From contig CAYHTW010000002.1 of NCBI GenBank assembly GCA_964360065.1, positions 2,251 to 66,250 of the forward strand: a DNA stretch of 64,000 bases, given 5' to 3'. The notes under the pieces are model-generated. The model did no database searches. It was not told where the DNA came from and saw nothing but the letters and a program-made list of their open reading frames with translations. Shown here piece by piece: positions 1-10,344 of the stretch; within the stretch, counting starts at the first letter, position 1, and the number at the start of each line of letters is the position of its first letter. The position numbers and the translations under genes are program-made. The DNA is from an uncultured Candidatus Saccharibacteria bacterium (GTDB taxonomy: Bacteria > Patescibacteriota > Minisyncoccia > UBA6257 > Colwellbacteraceae).

Positions 1-1
1 T

Positions 2-226
2 AAAAAGGCCCAGACACTTTTAGATGAAGCTGACAAATTTCAGCAAGAAGCCGCGACTATAATACTGGCTCCCGAGCCTACACCAAATGAAGATACGACT
101 CAAACCACAAAAGAACCTAAAGACTCGGGAGATTTAACTTCACAGAGCCTCAAAAACGTTAAAGACGCTTACGGCATTTTCTTGCAAATAGGAAAAGATT
201 TAAAGAAATATCTCGGCCTGAAATAA
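2..226 (+). CDS. 3' end of a hypothetical protein (starts before the window)
   Basis: Open frame KKAQTLLDEADKFQQE...KKYLGLK* ending TAA 224-226, followed by a terminator hairpin. Confidence 0.7.
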   Translation, partial: KKAQTLLDEADKFQQEAATIILAPEPTPNEDTTQTTKEPKDSGDLTSQSLKNVKDAYGIFLQIGKDLKKYLGLK

Positions 227-257
227 ATAATCCCGCATTGCTGCGGGATTATTTATT
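222..257. terminator. Bidirectional intrinsic terminator
   Basis: Perfect 16-bp inverted repeat AATAAATAATCCCGCA-ttgc-TGCGGGATTATTTATT between convergent genes. Confidence 0.8.
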
Positions 258-273
258 GCGGCTAACGAGGAAG

Positions 274-306
274 GAAAATGGTCCGCCGTTAAGGCAGACC
301 ATTTTC
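274..306 (-). terminator. Hairpin downstream of hup, probable terminator
   Basis: GAAAATGGTCTGCC-ttaac-GGCGGACCATTTTC on the minus strand. Confidence 0.55.
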
Positions 307-365
307 TCCGAGTGACGACGCAACACAGGGTTTTAATACCCTTTATTGCAAAGTATTCTAGATAT

Positions 366-641
366 TTATTGGACAGCCTCCTTGAGGAGTTTGCCAGCTC
401 TAAACTTAGGAGCGATCTTAGCGGCTATCTGAATCTTCTCGCCAGTCTTTGGGTTGATGCCAGCCCTGGCAGCCCTCTTCACCACCTTAAAGGTGCCGAA
501 GCCAGTTACAGCGACTTCCTCGCCTTTACTGAGGCTCTTTACGATAGCATCGAAAAGACCTTCTACCGCCAATTCAGCTTGCTTCTTGGTCTCCAAGCCA
601 GCAGCGCTCATTACAGCTTCGACTAAATCTTGTTTCTTCAT
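366..641 (-). CDS. hup: DNA-binding protein HU
   Basis: MKKQDLVEAV...GFGTFKV...GINPKTGEKIQI...PKFRAGK; start moved to ATG at 641. Confidence 0.95.
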   Translation of the reverse strand: MKKQDLVEAVMSAAGLETKKQAELAVEGLFDAIVKSLSKGEEVAVTGFGTFKVVKRAARAGINPKTGEKIQIAAKIAPKFRAGKLLKEAVQ

Positions 642-722
642 AATATTATTGTCTATAAATGTCTTCTTCCTCGACCTTTTAACTATGGGTAGATTATAGC
701 AAACAAGCGGGTTCAGGAGCAA

Positions 723-2246
723 TTACCTGGCATATTCAACAGCCCTGATCTCTCGGATGACATTAACTTTGATTTCTCCAGGGTACTTGAGCTCTGATTC
801 AATCTTAATAGCAATATCGCGAGCTAGTTGAAGGGCTTTAAAGTCATCAATCTTCTCGGGAACCACGAAAACACGCAGTTCACGACCCGCCGAGACGGCA
901 TAACACTCTTTGACTCCAGGGAAACTTGTGGCAATTTTTTCCAAGTCTTCCAGGCGCTTAACATAATTTTCCATGGTTCCACGTCTCGCACCTGGTCTGC
1001 CAGCCGATAAAACGTCTGCTGCGGTGACAATAAAAGACTCTGGACTAGCAAAAGGATATTCCTCATGGTGGGACTGCATAGCGGCTATAATGGCGTCACT
1101 AATGCCATATTTCTTAAGAATTTTCCTACCTAAATCAACGTGGGTACCAGCAACTTCGTGGTCTATAGCCTTACCAATGTCATGTAAGAGTGCTCCGGCT
1201 TTGGAGACTTCAACGTCGGCGCCAAGCTCGGCCGCGATCATACCGGAAATGTGAGCCATCTCCAAGGAGTGGGTCAAGACATTCTGTCCAAAACTGGTTC
1301 TGAAATTAAGCCGACCAAGCAACTGAATAATTTCTTTAGGTAAATTGTAGATGCCTACCTCGTAAGCGGCCTCTTCCCCGATTTCTTCCATTCTTTTTTC
1401 CATCTCGGCTTTAGCCTCTTCAACCTTTTCTTCAATCTTAGCGGGTTGAATTCTGCCGTCTTTAATAAGCTTCTCCAGCGTGAGACGAGCTATCTCGCGG
1501 CGTAGGGGGTCGAAAGAAGAAATAATAAGAGTATTAGGGCTCTCGTCTATGATGAGTTCTGTGCCAGTCAGTCTTTCTAAGGTTCTGATATTCCTGCCCT
1601 CACGGCCTATAATCTTACCTTTCAGATCCTCCGAGGGCAGAGTGTAAGCTGAGGTAGTTAAATCTGAGACATGTGTACGGGCATAGCGCTGGATGGCTGT
1701 AGTAATTACATCTAACCCTTTCTTTTCTACCTCTTCCTTTCTTTCGCGGGAGAGTTTTTGAATCATACTGGTCAACTCCTCCTTATGCCTGTCCTGTATT
1801 TCCTCTATAAGCTTGTTTTTAGCTTGTTCCGGAGTCAGCCCGCTGATTTTAGACAGCTCACCTTTCACCTGATCTCTCAAAAGGTCAACTGCCACACCAG
1901 CTTCTTCAAGTCTTTTGGATTCTTCGGAAAGCTTACTGGTTCCAGCCCGAAGCTCTTTTTCCAGACTACTAAGCTCGTCTTCTTTATTAACAAGTCTTCC
2001 CTCAACCTTATCCAGAGAGGATTTGCGTTCTTTTTCTTCCTTCTTCACTTCGTCGAGAAGTGAGTTGGCTTTGTTTTTGGCATCAAGAACAATATCCTGA
2101 GCCTCATTCTTAGCTTGAGAAAGATTTTCTTTTATTTTGTTTTCTAAGGAATTAGCCCGTCGGCTCGCTATTTGCTCTCGAACGAAGTAACCTATCGCTG
2201 CTCCTAAAATCGCTAAACCTGCCAGCACTAATGGTTGGTATGTCAT
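723..2246 (-). CDS. rny: Ribonuclease Y
   Basis: N-terminal TM helix, coiled coil, KH (KGKIIGREGRNIR), HD domain (LLHDIGK), C-terminal YPGEIKVNVIRE. Confidence 0.95.
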   Translation of the reverse strand: MTYQPLVLAGLAILGAAIGYFVREQIASRRANSLENKIKENLSQAKNEAQDIVLDAKNKANSLLDEVKKEEKERKSSLDKVEGRLVNKEDELSSLEKELRAGTSKLSEESKRLEEAGVAVDLLRDQVKGELSKISGLTPEQAKNKLIEEIQDRHKEELTSMIQKLSRERKEEVEKKGLDVITTAIQRYARTHVSDLTTSAYTLPSEDLKGKIIGREGRNIRTLERLTGTELIIDESPNTLIISSFDPLRREIARLTLEKLIKDGRIQPAKIEEKVEEAKAEMEKRMEEIGEEAAYEVGIYNLPKEIIQLLGRLNFRTSFGQNVLTHSLEMAHISGMIAAELGADVEVSKAGALLHDIGKAIDHEVAGTHVDLGRKILKKYGISDAIIAAMQSHHEEYPFASPESFIVTAADVLSAGRPGARRGTMENYVKRLEDLEKIATSFPGVKECYAVSAGRELRVFVVPEKIDDFKALQLARDIAIKIESELKYPGEIKVNVIREIRAVEYAR

Positions 2247-2370
2247 AGTTAAAGTAAATGAATATATTTCTCATTGGACTTTTAACATGATAAGCCAGTG
2301 CCCCATGGCTTGTCAAAAAAGCCCAGATGAGGTTAGGGTAGCCAGCGTAACCAAGTGTCTTACAAAGGTT

Positions 2371-3090
2371 CTAAGAGAGGCTCCAACGGGAGAAAATGAG
2401 GATGATGAGAGATAGAATTATAGCGGTGGCTATCTCCCAGCGTAAAGTTTTATCGGCAATAGTGTCCAACTTATAAGCCATAAGGATGTCATTAACTATA
2501 AAAACACCAGTAGTGACTATAATTGAAGCTGAAGAGGAAGAAAGGGGTAGCAACTCCAAGCCCCAGGCCAGCTCCACCACAATAAGAGAGGAAACCACTG
2601 AAACTAGTATTTGTCCGTTACGCGACCCATCTGATAAAAGAATATAGAGTTCCTTGAAGAGGAATAAAGAGAAGAAAAACAGCCCCACTTGTGAAGCTAG
2701 AGAAGCACTAGAGAAGTAGAGATAAACTCCAATAAAGAAAATCATGGAGTAAAGAAGCTGAGTGGTTTCTTTTCTCCTTATAAAAAGCAGGTCTTTAACC
2801 CCCACTAGCAGATACATCAGCACTCCTAAAGAGAAAGCAAAAAGCGCCTCCAAAGACCCGAGATCAGGGAAAAGGAAACAGTAAGCGAGAAGTGTAAAAG
2901 AAACTATGAGAAATTTGAAGCTCTGCGATATAGGACGAAAATAGGCGTAAGCAAAGAATAGTACTACTGCTAGTCCTGCCCAAAAACCTCCAGCAGATCT
3001 AAGCCAGTAAGCGGAGATAGCGAAGAGAAAAGACTCAAGCGCTAATCTTAACGTCTGATTCCTCGAAACTGATGCGAATACGACTGCCAT
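2371..3090 (-). CDS. Multi-pass membrane protein, hypothetical (start uncertain, overlaps clpB end)
   Basis: ORF with about 8 hydrophobic segments. Confidence 0.65.
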   Translation of the reverse strand: MAVVFASVSRNQTLRLALESFLFAISAYWLRSAGGFWAGLAVVLFFAYAYFRPISQSFKFLIVSFTLLAYCFLFPDLGSLEALFAFSLGVLMYLLVGVKDLLFIRRKETTQLLYSMIFFIGVYLYFSSASLASQVGLFFFSLFLFKELYILLSDGSRNGQILVSVVSSLIVVELAWGLELLPLSSSSASIIVTTGVFIVNDILMAYKLDTIADKTLRWEIATAIILSLIILIFSRWSLS

Positions 3091-5674
3091 CTTTAATATT
3101 TCCTCTGATAATACCATCGGCCAGCTTGTCCAAAATTGCTTTCTGGACTAGGCGTTTAATGGGACGGGCCCCATATTCCGGACTAAAGCCATTCTCTACA
3201 ATGTACTTTTTGAGTGATGGTTCGATAGTTACGGCAATACCTTTTTCTTTAAGCTTTTCTTTAACATCATTAAACTGGATATCCACTATCTGACCGATAT
3301 CATGTTTATTAAGCGGATGAAAAATCACAATGTCATCAATTCTGTTTAAGAACTCCGGCCTGAATTGGGATTTTAGGGCGTTGTCTAATCTTAGTTTATA
3401 ACCCTTCTCTTCACTCTCCGCTTGAGCAACGGATGTAGTCACAAAGCCGAGTTTAGCCATTTCTTTGGAGATTTCACTGCCGACGTTGGAGGTCATAATT
3501 ATGATGACGTTCTTAAAATTGACAGTCTTCCCCTTACCATCGGTCAGACGGCCGTTGTCCAGCACTTGAAGTAAGATATTAAAAACTTCCTGGTGAGCTT
3601 TTTCTATTTCATCGAAAAGAATGAGACTGTATGGGCGGTGACGAACTATCTCGGTAAGCTGTCCCCCTTCTTCGTAACCAACATAGCCCGGAGGAGAACC
3701 GATAAGACGGGATACTGAGTGACGTTCCATATATTCAGACATATCTATACGAATAAGAGACTTTTCGTCGTCAAATATAAAGTGAGACAAGGCTTTGGCG
3801 AGCTCTGTCTTGCCCACTCCGGTAGGGCCAAGGAACATAAACGATCCCAAAGGGCGATCAACTGGAGCTAAGCCTGCCCTAGCACGCCTTAAGGAGTTGG
3901 CTACTGCTTTAATAGCCTCGTCCTGGCCTACCACTCTTTCTCGGAGAGCTTCTTCAATACGCACTAATTTCTCCGATTCGGATTCCATAATGTTAGATAC
4001 AGGGATGCCGGTCCAACGGGAGACGATACGAGCAATATCTTCTTTATTGACACCTTCTCTCACAAAATAGTTCTTAGTTTTCTTTTTATCGGAAGAAAAA
4101 TATTTTTTCTCGTAGAGTTCGTACTCCTTTTTGGCAGCAGGCATCTCGCCGTAAATAATCTGAGCTACCCGCTCCAAATTATTTTCTCTCTCGGCAATGT
4201 CTTTAGCGCGCCTTAAACCATCAACCTTTTCGCGAAGATTGTTCAGTTTCTCAAAAATCATTTTCTCAGCCTGCCATTCGGTAGTAAGTTCTTCGTTTCT
4301 GTCCTTGATTAATTTAAGGGTTTTATCTATTTCTTTAACACGCTTAGAAGTCTTGGTTTCTCCCCCTTCGTTTAGCAGAGATGTCTTTTCAACTTCCATA
4401 GAAGTGATTTCCTTACGCAGCTTATCAATCTCGGCAGGCAGGCTTTCCATTTCAATCTTCCTCATAGCAGCGGCTTCATCTATGACATCAACTGCCTTAT
4501 CAGGTAAGAATCTGTCAGTAATATAGCGAGCTGATAAATTGACTGAGGCAATGACGGCTTCGTCATTAATACGGAGGCCATGATGAATCTCGTATTTTTC
4601 TTTAAGACCCCTTAGGATAGTTACGCTGTCTTCTAGAGACGGCTCCTCTACCATAACCGGCTGGAATCTCCTTTCTAAGGCCGGATCTTTCTCAATATGT
4701 CTCTGATATTCACGGGTAGTGGTGGCACCAATAGCATGCAGCTCGCCTCTGGCAAGAGCAGGCTTCAAAAGATTAGAAGCATCCACGGCTCCCTCGGCGG
4801 CACCGGCGCCCACAATCATGTGAATCTCGTCTATAAAAAGAATGATGTTGCCTGAAGAATTTTGTATCTCCTTAATGAAGGCTTTGAGTCTGTCCTCAAA
4901 CTCACCCCTGAACTTAGTGCCCGCGATTAAAGCCCCTAAATCAAGCATGATAACTTCCTTACCCTTTAAAGACTCTGGCACATCACCACTCAACATTTTC
5001 TGAGCCAAACCCTCAACGATGGCAGTTTTACCAACACCAGGCTCACCGATAAGCACAGGATTATTTTTAGTTCTGCGGGAAAGAATTTGAATCAGCCTCT
5101 TTAGCTCTTCGTCGCGGCCGATAACTGGGTCTAATTTTCCGGCTGCGGCTCTGGTAGTAAGATTAATGGCGTATTTTTCCAGAACCTGGAATTTACTTTC
5201 TGGAGTTTCATCGGTAATCCTAGTACTACCCCTTAACTTGGAAAAAGCCCGCAAGGCGCTTTCTCTCTTTAAACCGGATTGCTCAAGAACAGCCCTGGCT
5301 TGAGAATCAACATCCAGAATAGAGAGAAATAAATGTTCGCAAGAGATAAACTCGTCACGATTGTCGGTAGCGACTTTCCCGGCCCGATCAATAACTTTCA
5401 TTACTTCTTGAGAAAGATAAAGCTGGCCTACGGAATTCGCGGAAAAAACTTTAGGAAGTTTTTTAAGTTCGTTATTAATGTCCTTATCCAGCTTCTCAAT
5501 ATTAACTCCCGTAATCTTGATCACTGGGCTCACTAGAGAACTGGAATCATTAATAAGAGCGGAAAGAAGATGTAATGCCTTGAACTCACCGTGACTCTGG
5601 GCTGTAGCCAAGTCCTGGGCGTTTTGGAGCGCCTCTTGAGATTTAATTGTAAAGTTTTTATCAAAAGATCTCAT
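3035..5674 (-). CDS. clpB: ATP-dependent chaperone ClpB
   Basis: Two AAA modules ([16 protein letters not shown]), coiled-coil M domain, [13 protein letters not shown]. Confidence 0.95.
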   Translation of the reverse strand: MRSFDKNFTIKSQEALQNAQDLATAQSHGEFKALHLLSALINDSSSLVSPVIKITGVNIEKLDKDINNELKKLPKVFSANSVGQLYLSQEVMKVIDRAGKVATDNRDEFISCEHLFLSILDVDSQARAVLEQSGLKRESALRAFSKLRGSTRITDETPESKFQVLEKYAINLTTRAAAGKLDPVIGRDEELKRLIQILSRRTKNNPVLIGEPGVGKTAIVEGLAQKMLSGDVPESLKGKEVIMLDLGALIAGTKFRGEFEDRLKAFIKEIQNSSGNIILFIDEIHMIVGAGAAEGAVDASNLLKPALARGELHAIGATTTREYQRHIEKDPALERRFQPVMVEEPSLEDSVTILRGLKEKYEIHHGLRINDEAVIASVNLSARYITDRFLPDKAVDVIDEAAAMRKIEMESLPAEIDKLRKEITSMEVEKTSLLNEGGETKTSKRVKEIDKTLKLIKDRNEELTTEWQAEKMIFEKLNNLREKVDGLRRAKDIAERENNLERVAQIIYGEMPAAKKEYELYEKKYFSSDKKKTKNYFVREGVNKEDIARIVSRWTGIPVSNIMESESEKLVRIEEALRERVVGQDEAIKAVANSLRRARAGLAPVDRPLGSFMFLGPTGVGKTELAKALSHFIFDDEKSLIRIDMSEYMERHSVSRLIGSPPGYVGYEEGGQLTEIVRHRPYSLILFDEIEKAHQEVFNILLQVLDNGRLTDGKGKTVNFKNVIIIMTSNVGSEISKEMAKLGFVTTSVAQAESEEKGYKLRLDNALKSQFRPEFLNRIDDIVIFHPLNKHDIGQIVDIQFNDVKEKLKEKGIAVTIEPSLKKYIVENGFSPEYGARPIKRLVQKAILDKLADGIIRGNIKDGSRIRISFEESDVKISA

Positions 5675-5718
5675 TATGATTAATTATACCTTTACTCTCT
5701 CGTTACTACTTACCAAAC

Positions 5719-7026
5719 TTAGATCCTTTCTTCAAGGGTCACCTTGAAATTGAGTGTCTCTGGCCCCCGGAGTATCTTCACATTAATAACGTCCCCAATG
5801 TTGTAGTTTTGGATAATATCGCCCAACTGATGATCTGAATTAATTTTCGTGTCACCAAATTGAGTTATAATATCTCCGCTTTGAATGCCCGCCTTAGAGG
5901 CCGGAGAGTTTGGTACGATAGCTGTATTCGCACCATCGGAACTAATTAATGCGCCTTCAGCAACCGCAAGTTTTTTGGACTTAGCGAGATCTGCGTCAAT
6001 AGTGATATATCTCACCCCAAGATATGGAACTTTAATGGAGCCTGTGGAGCTGACAGACTTAATATCTTTCTTGGCCCGATTGATAGGAATTGCAAAGCCG
6101 ATACTTTGAGCACCTGAAGCAATCGCGGTATTAATCCCTATAACCTCACCTTTGAGGTTTAGTAGTGGTCCCCCGGAATTGCCCGGATTAATGGCCGCGT
6201 CAGTTTGAATCACTCCCTGTAGGGTCTCTGTGCCAAATTGACTGCCAGAGGCGGTGATGGTTCTTGATAGACCTGAAATAACGCCGACGGAAACCGTGTT
6301 GCTAAATTCTCCCAAAGAATAGCCGATAGCTATAGCCGTTTGACCAAGTTTAATAGAATCCGAGTTTCCTATCTTAGCGGCGGTTAATCCGATACCATCA
6401 ATTTTAATAATAGCCAAGTCCTGGAAGGGGTCTCTAGCTAAAACTTTAGCTGGGTATTTTTTGCCATTATAGGTAATCACTGTATATTCGGCGGCGGTGT
6501 CTGCTACCACGTGTTTATTGGTAAGAACCAAGCCGTCGCTAGAAACTATAAAGCCGCTACCGCCGCCAATCTTTTGAAGTTGAGTGCCTTTCTGACAAGG
6601 CTGATAGTATTGAATGCCTCCTCCACCAAAAAGATTCTGTAAATCTGGAGAAAGATTAGAGAATGGGTCGTAGGGACACTGCTCAATAATGGGTATATTT
6701 TTAGAGATAATTATAGAAACAACGCTTTTAGAAGAATCATCAACTGCTTTTATTATCGCCTGTTCATAATCAACCGTGGGTGCATAAATAGTAACTGGGG
6801 TGTTTGCAGGAACAGGGGAAGGGTCAGGGGCTGGTTTAGGTGTGGGGGCTGGAGTAGGGACGGGGACAGGGCTGGCGTTTGGTTTAGGAGTAAGAAAGCT
6901 GGGGATGTATTTATTAAATAAATCTTGGATAAAGTTAGCTGAAGCTTGGGGGGAATTCAAAACTGACCCCAAAACAGCACCGAGGATAAAAATCGCGAAA
7001 ATAAAACCTGAAATTCTTTTATTCAT
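5719..7026 (-). CDS. htrA: HtrA/DegP-family serine protease with PDZ domain
   Basis: Signal/TM, Pro-rich linker, GSGFIV, TNKHV, QTDAAINPGNSGGPL, PDZ. Confidence 0.9.
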   Translation of the reverse strand: MNKRISGFIFAIFILGAVLGSVLNSPQASANFIQDLFNKYIPSFLTPKPNASPVPVPTPAPTPKPAPDPSPVPANTPVTIYAPTVDYEQAIIKAVDDSSKSVVSIIISKNIPIIEQCPYDPFSNLSPDLQNLFGGGGIQYYQPCQKGTQLQKIGGGSGFIVSSDGLVLTNKHVVADTAAEYTVITYNGKKYPAKVLARDPFQDLAIIKIDGIGLTAAKIGNSDSIKLGQTAIAIGYSLGEFSNTVSVGVISGLSRTITASGSQFGTETLQGVIQTDAAINPGNSGGPLLNLKGEVIGINTAIASGAQSIGFAIPINRAKKDIKSVSSTGSIKVPYLGVRYITIDADLAKSKKLAVAEGALISSDGANTAIVPNSPASKAGIQSGDIITQFGDTKINSDHQLGDIIQNYNIGDVINVKILRGPETLNFKVTLEERI

Positions 7027-8309
7027 TTGAATAAAATTATAATTCTTTTTATGGTTTGGTCAAGCTGATTATATGTCACTGGTCTGCCTAAAGAAATACG
7101 AATACTGGAGCGGGAACGATTCTCTTTGTGCCCTAGGGCCGCTACTACATAAGAGTCTTCAAAACTCTTAGTGGAGCAAGCCGAACCAGATGACACTGCC
7201 ACGCCCGCCAAATCCATCTTTATAACGAGTTCCTGCAAGTCTCCCATCTCGGGGAAATATACATTGAGGTTGTTGGGCAATCTATGAACGTCTGACGAAG
7301 AACCGTTTAGCTCCAGGCGTGGTAAACTTGCTTTTAGCTTTTCCCAGAAGTAGTCCCGAAGAGAGGCAATGCGCGAAGACTCTTTATCTTTGTTTTTTAA
7401 AATCAGCTCCACGGCCTTGCCTAAGCCAACAATGGCTGGGACGTTTTCCGTGCCGGCTCGCAGACCGTACTCATGAGCCCCGCCAGTTATGATTGGGATT
7501 ATGAATGATGAATTATGAATTATGGACATTGTTTTTGATTCTTTATTCCTTATCCCTAATTCATTACTCTGGCGCACATACAGCACTCCGACTCCCTTTG
7601 GACCGTATATTTTATGGCCTGAAATAGTCATCATATCTACTCCCAGATGATCCACGTTACAATCCAAATATTGGAAGGCTTGAACAGCATCGGTGTGAAG
7701 CAATGGATACCTCTTGCCGCCTCTAAATTTTTTAATCACTTCGGCAATCTCTTTGATTGGCTCAACCGTGCCAATAACATTAGAGGCGAAGATAATAGAA
7801 ACCAAAACCGTGTTTTCGGTCAAATTGTTCTTTAGTGACTCTATATTTATAAAGCCCTCTTTATCAACCGGCAGATAAATTACTTCTACGCCTTCCTTTT
7901 CTAAATCTTTTGCTGTGTCTAAAACCGACTCGTGTTCAATGGAAGAAACAATAATACGAGGAATTACGAATTGTGAATTACGAATTGTGCTTTTATTTTT
8001 AACTCTTAACTCATAATTCCTTATTCCTTTTATACTCCCGCGAATAGCCAGGTTGTTAGCTTCGCTCGCAGAACCCGTAAAGATTATTTCATTAAACTTG
8101 GCTCCCAAGCTCCCCGCAACTATTTCTCTAGCTACATCGATTCCAGCCTGGGCACGCTGGCCAAAAGAATGCAGAGAACCGGCATTGCCGAAATCCACCG
8201 AAAAGTAAGGCTTCATAGCCTCTAAGACGCGTTTATCCATCGGCGAAGAAGCCGAGTAATCCAGATAAATTTCTTTTCTCTTCTTAGAAGAGTGTGTTAA
8301 CTTCTTCAA
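7023..8309 (-). CDS. iscS: Cysteine desulfurase (IscS/NifS family) with two in-frame repeat insertions
   Basis: IYLDYSA, HTDAVQ, SGHKIYGPKG, SSGSACS. Confidence 0.9.
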   Translation of the reverse strand: MKKLTHSSKKRKEIYLDYSASSPMDKRVLEAMKPYFSVDFGNAGSLHSFGQRAQAGIDVAREIVAGSLGAKFNEIIFTGSASEANNLAIRGSIKGIRNYELRVKNKSTIRNSQFVIPRIIVSSIEHESVLDTAKDLEKEGVEVIYLPVDKEGFINIESLKNNLTENTVLVSIIFASNVIGTVEPIKEIAEVIKKFRGGKRYPLLHTDAVQAFQYLDCNVDHLGVDMMTISGHKIYGPKGVGVLYVRQSNELGIRNKESKTMSIIHNSSFIIPIITGGAHEYGLRAGTENVPAIVGLGKAVELILKNKDKESSRIASLRDYFWEKLKASLPRLELNGSSSDVHRLPNNLNVYFPEMGDLQELVIKMDLAGVAVSSGSACSTKSFEDSYVVAALGHKENRSRSSIRISLGRPVTYNQLDQTIKRIIILFK

Positions 8310-8853
8310 CTTCGTCTTTAAACGTTAAAACGACTTTATTTAATTTATCACTCCACTTTTCCGGAACCATCAAGTACCCTTGATGCTTGGCCAGTTCGTA
8401 TAAATCACGGGTTATAAGAACATCGTGGAGACAATACTTCTCTAATGATTCCCAGTCGCCCGCATTATAGAAACGAACGGCATCCAAACCATGGTTCGTT
8501 TTGCCGATCCCCAGGTTAGCCTTAGCTAAAAGGTCTAAACCAATACGCCTGCCATAAGATTTTTCTATTTCTTCCAGTAAATCCAAGGTCGGTAGAGCAG
8601 TGACCTTGAAATTAAAATACTTGTCTAAAATCGGCATATCAAAACGGTTAATGGCAAAACCTATAACGAGACCGGCCTCCTGCAACATAGGAGAGAGTTT
8701 TTTGATCTTATCTTCCCTGAAAGAGAAAAACTCTTGCTTGTCGTAAGAATAAACACAAACCAAAGAGGCCTCTAAGTCTTTGAGATTTTTTTTACCTCCG
8801 ACGTCCATGAAGGTATTTTTAGTTTCAATGTCTATAACTAACCTGTCTTTCAT
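8284..8853 (-). CDS. RNase H-like (YprB/RNase_H_2-type) DEDD nuclease domain protein
   Basis: VIDIET, GFAINRFD, YCLHDVLITRDLY. Confidence 0.75.
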   Translation of the reverse strand: MKDRLVIDIETKNTFMDVGGKKNLKDLEASLVCVYSYDKQEFFSFREDKIKKLSPMLQEAGLVIGFAINRFDMPILDKYFNFKVTALPTLDLLEEIEKSYGRRIGLDLLAKANLGIGKTNHGLDAVRFYNAGDWESLEKYCLHDVLITRDLYELAKHQGYLMVPEKWSDKLNKVVLTFKDEVEEVNTLF

Positions 8854-8858
8854 GTCTC

Positions 8859-9365
8859 TTAAATATGTTTATCCGCCACCGATGAGGCTGCATAGCTTTC
8901 GGGCTTGGTGCGAACATCAAAGTTATTAGCTCTAATCATCCCGACGAGTTCCTGAATCATAACTTTAGTTTCACCGTTCTGGCCTATATCAATGTGGATT
9001 TCGAAACTCCAACCCAAGGCTGGTCCGCCTTTGGCTGGAAATTGAGGATATTGTTTCAACATTGCTAATATTTCTTTAGCTACATCCAAAGACATTAAAG
9101 CTTCACGAATCATCCTGTCTCTTAAAGTGTGGAACCCTGTGAGCTCTTCTCTCCTCCAGAAATACCTGCCGCCATTACCTATGCGGTGCACTACCACAGC
9201 AGTGACAAAGTCGGCCTTGGTCATACCATAAAGCTGAGAGTCGGTACCTATCATTACTTTATAGGCATAATCGGGAGCCTGATTCATAAAATCTATGACT
9301 TCACCAACTACCTCATCGGCAGTGAGTTTAATTCCTCCATAGCTGTTGAACTTAAGATTATCCAT
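8859..9365 (-). CDS. RNase H-like YkuK (DUF458) family protein
   Basis: IGTDSQ, GNGGRYF, EIHIDIG, KPESYAASSVAD. Confidence 0.8.
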   Translation of the reverse strand: MDNLKFNSYGGIKLTADEVVGEVIDFMNQAPDYAYKVMIGTDSQLYGMTKADFVTAVVVHRIGNGGRYFWRREELTGFHTLRDRMIREALMSLDVAKEILAMLKQYPQFPAKGGPALGWSFEIHIDIGQNGETKVMIQELVGMIRANNFDVRTKPESYAASSVADKHI

Positions 9366-9435
9366 AAAAGGAAACGATACCAGTCACTATAGATTAAATA
9401 TAAAAGTCGGGCAAATCACCTGAAGAAGTCAGCAG

Positions 9436-10344
9436 TTACCTGAGTCTATAAGCTTTTTTCAGACGAACAAGCTCACGCTTGACCCCTATTTCATTCGTAC
9501 CTTTTAAGTGGACTCTGACTGATGCTTCTGTGTTGGAGGCGCGGATATTAACCCAAACTTGGTTATTATAAAAACTAAAACCGTCTTGCCGTGAAACTTT
9601 GAACTTCGAAGCCGGGTAAAGTTTTCTGACTCTGGAAATAAGACCATCTGGATCACTGGTTTTCAGATTCAGACCAACGCCAGTGTAAACATATGGCAAG
9701 TTGTCCACCCACTCGGAGAGTGAAAGTTTTTGAGATTTCATTTTAGAAATTTGGTTAATAACAAAAATCGCTGTCATGATTCCAGAATCTGCGAAGAAAA
9801 AGTCTTTGAAGTAATAATGGCCGGACTGCTCGCCCGCAAACTCAGTTTTTCTGCGTCTCATTTCTTTTTTAATGAAATAATGGCCGGTACGAGTTTCGTT
9901 TACCTTTATACCAGGCTTTAACCATCGCAAAGGCACCGAGCCTAGCGCAGTGTCCACGAGATGCGGCTCCTTAAAAAGAGGTGAAAGTAGAATAAAGATG
10001 ATGCCCGCATCTAGGGCCCTGCCTTCATTATCAACAAAGAAAATTCTATCTCCGTCTGCATCAAAGACAGCTCCAAAATCTGCCTTGTTGTTCAATACTG
10101 TACGCTGCAGTTGTTCTTTGGCATCCGGTGCTATTGGATTCGGACCGTGGGCTGGGAAATTACCATCGGGCTTAGCATTGATAAATATGGCTTTGATTTT
10201 TTTATGCTTATTTTTCTTTTGGCCGAAAAGTTCTTTCAGAACCGGGCCAGTCGAACCATTAGAAGAATCGAAGACAACCATTAGGGGGTTTTTAACTTCC
10301 AGAAACTTACTCAAAAAACTAACGTAACTTTTTGTATATCGCAT
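9436..10344 (-). CDS. Phosphomannomutase/phosphoglucomutase, domains II-IV (split gene)
   Basis: DGNFPAHGPNP, FDADGDR metal loop, GEQSGHYYF, RASNTE. Confidence 0.85.
   Translation of the reverse strand: MRYTKSYVSFLSKFLEVKNPLMVVFDSSNGSTGPVLKELFGQKKNKHKKIKAIFINAKPDGNFPAHGPNPIAPDAKEQLQRTVLNNKADFGAVFDADGDRIFFVDNEGRALDAGIIFILLSPLFKEPHLVDTALGSVPLRWLKPGIKVNETRTGHYFIKKEMRRRKTEFAGEQSGHYYFKDFFFADSGIMTAIFVINQISKMKSQKLSLSEWVDNLPYVYTGVGLNLKTSDPDGLISRVRKLYPASKFKVSRQDGFSFYNNQVWVNIRASNTEASVRVHLKGTNEIGVKRELVRLKKAYRLR

Noticed and set aside
3035-3037. Alternative genetic code (TGA=Gly as in Gracilibacteria/SR1)
   Set aside because: TGA terminates clpB, ftsH and ruvB at their expected ends, and long genes lack internal TGA.
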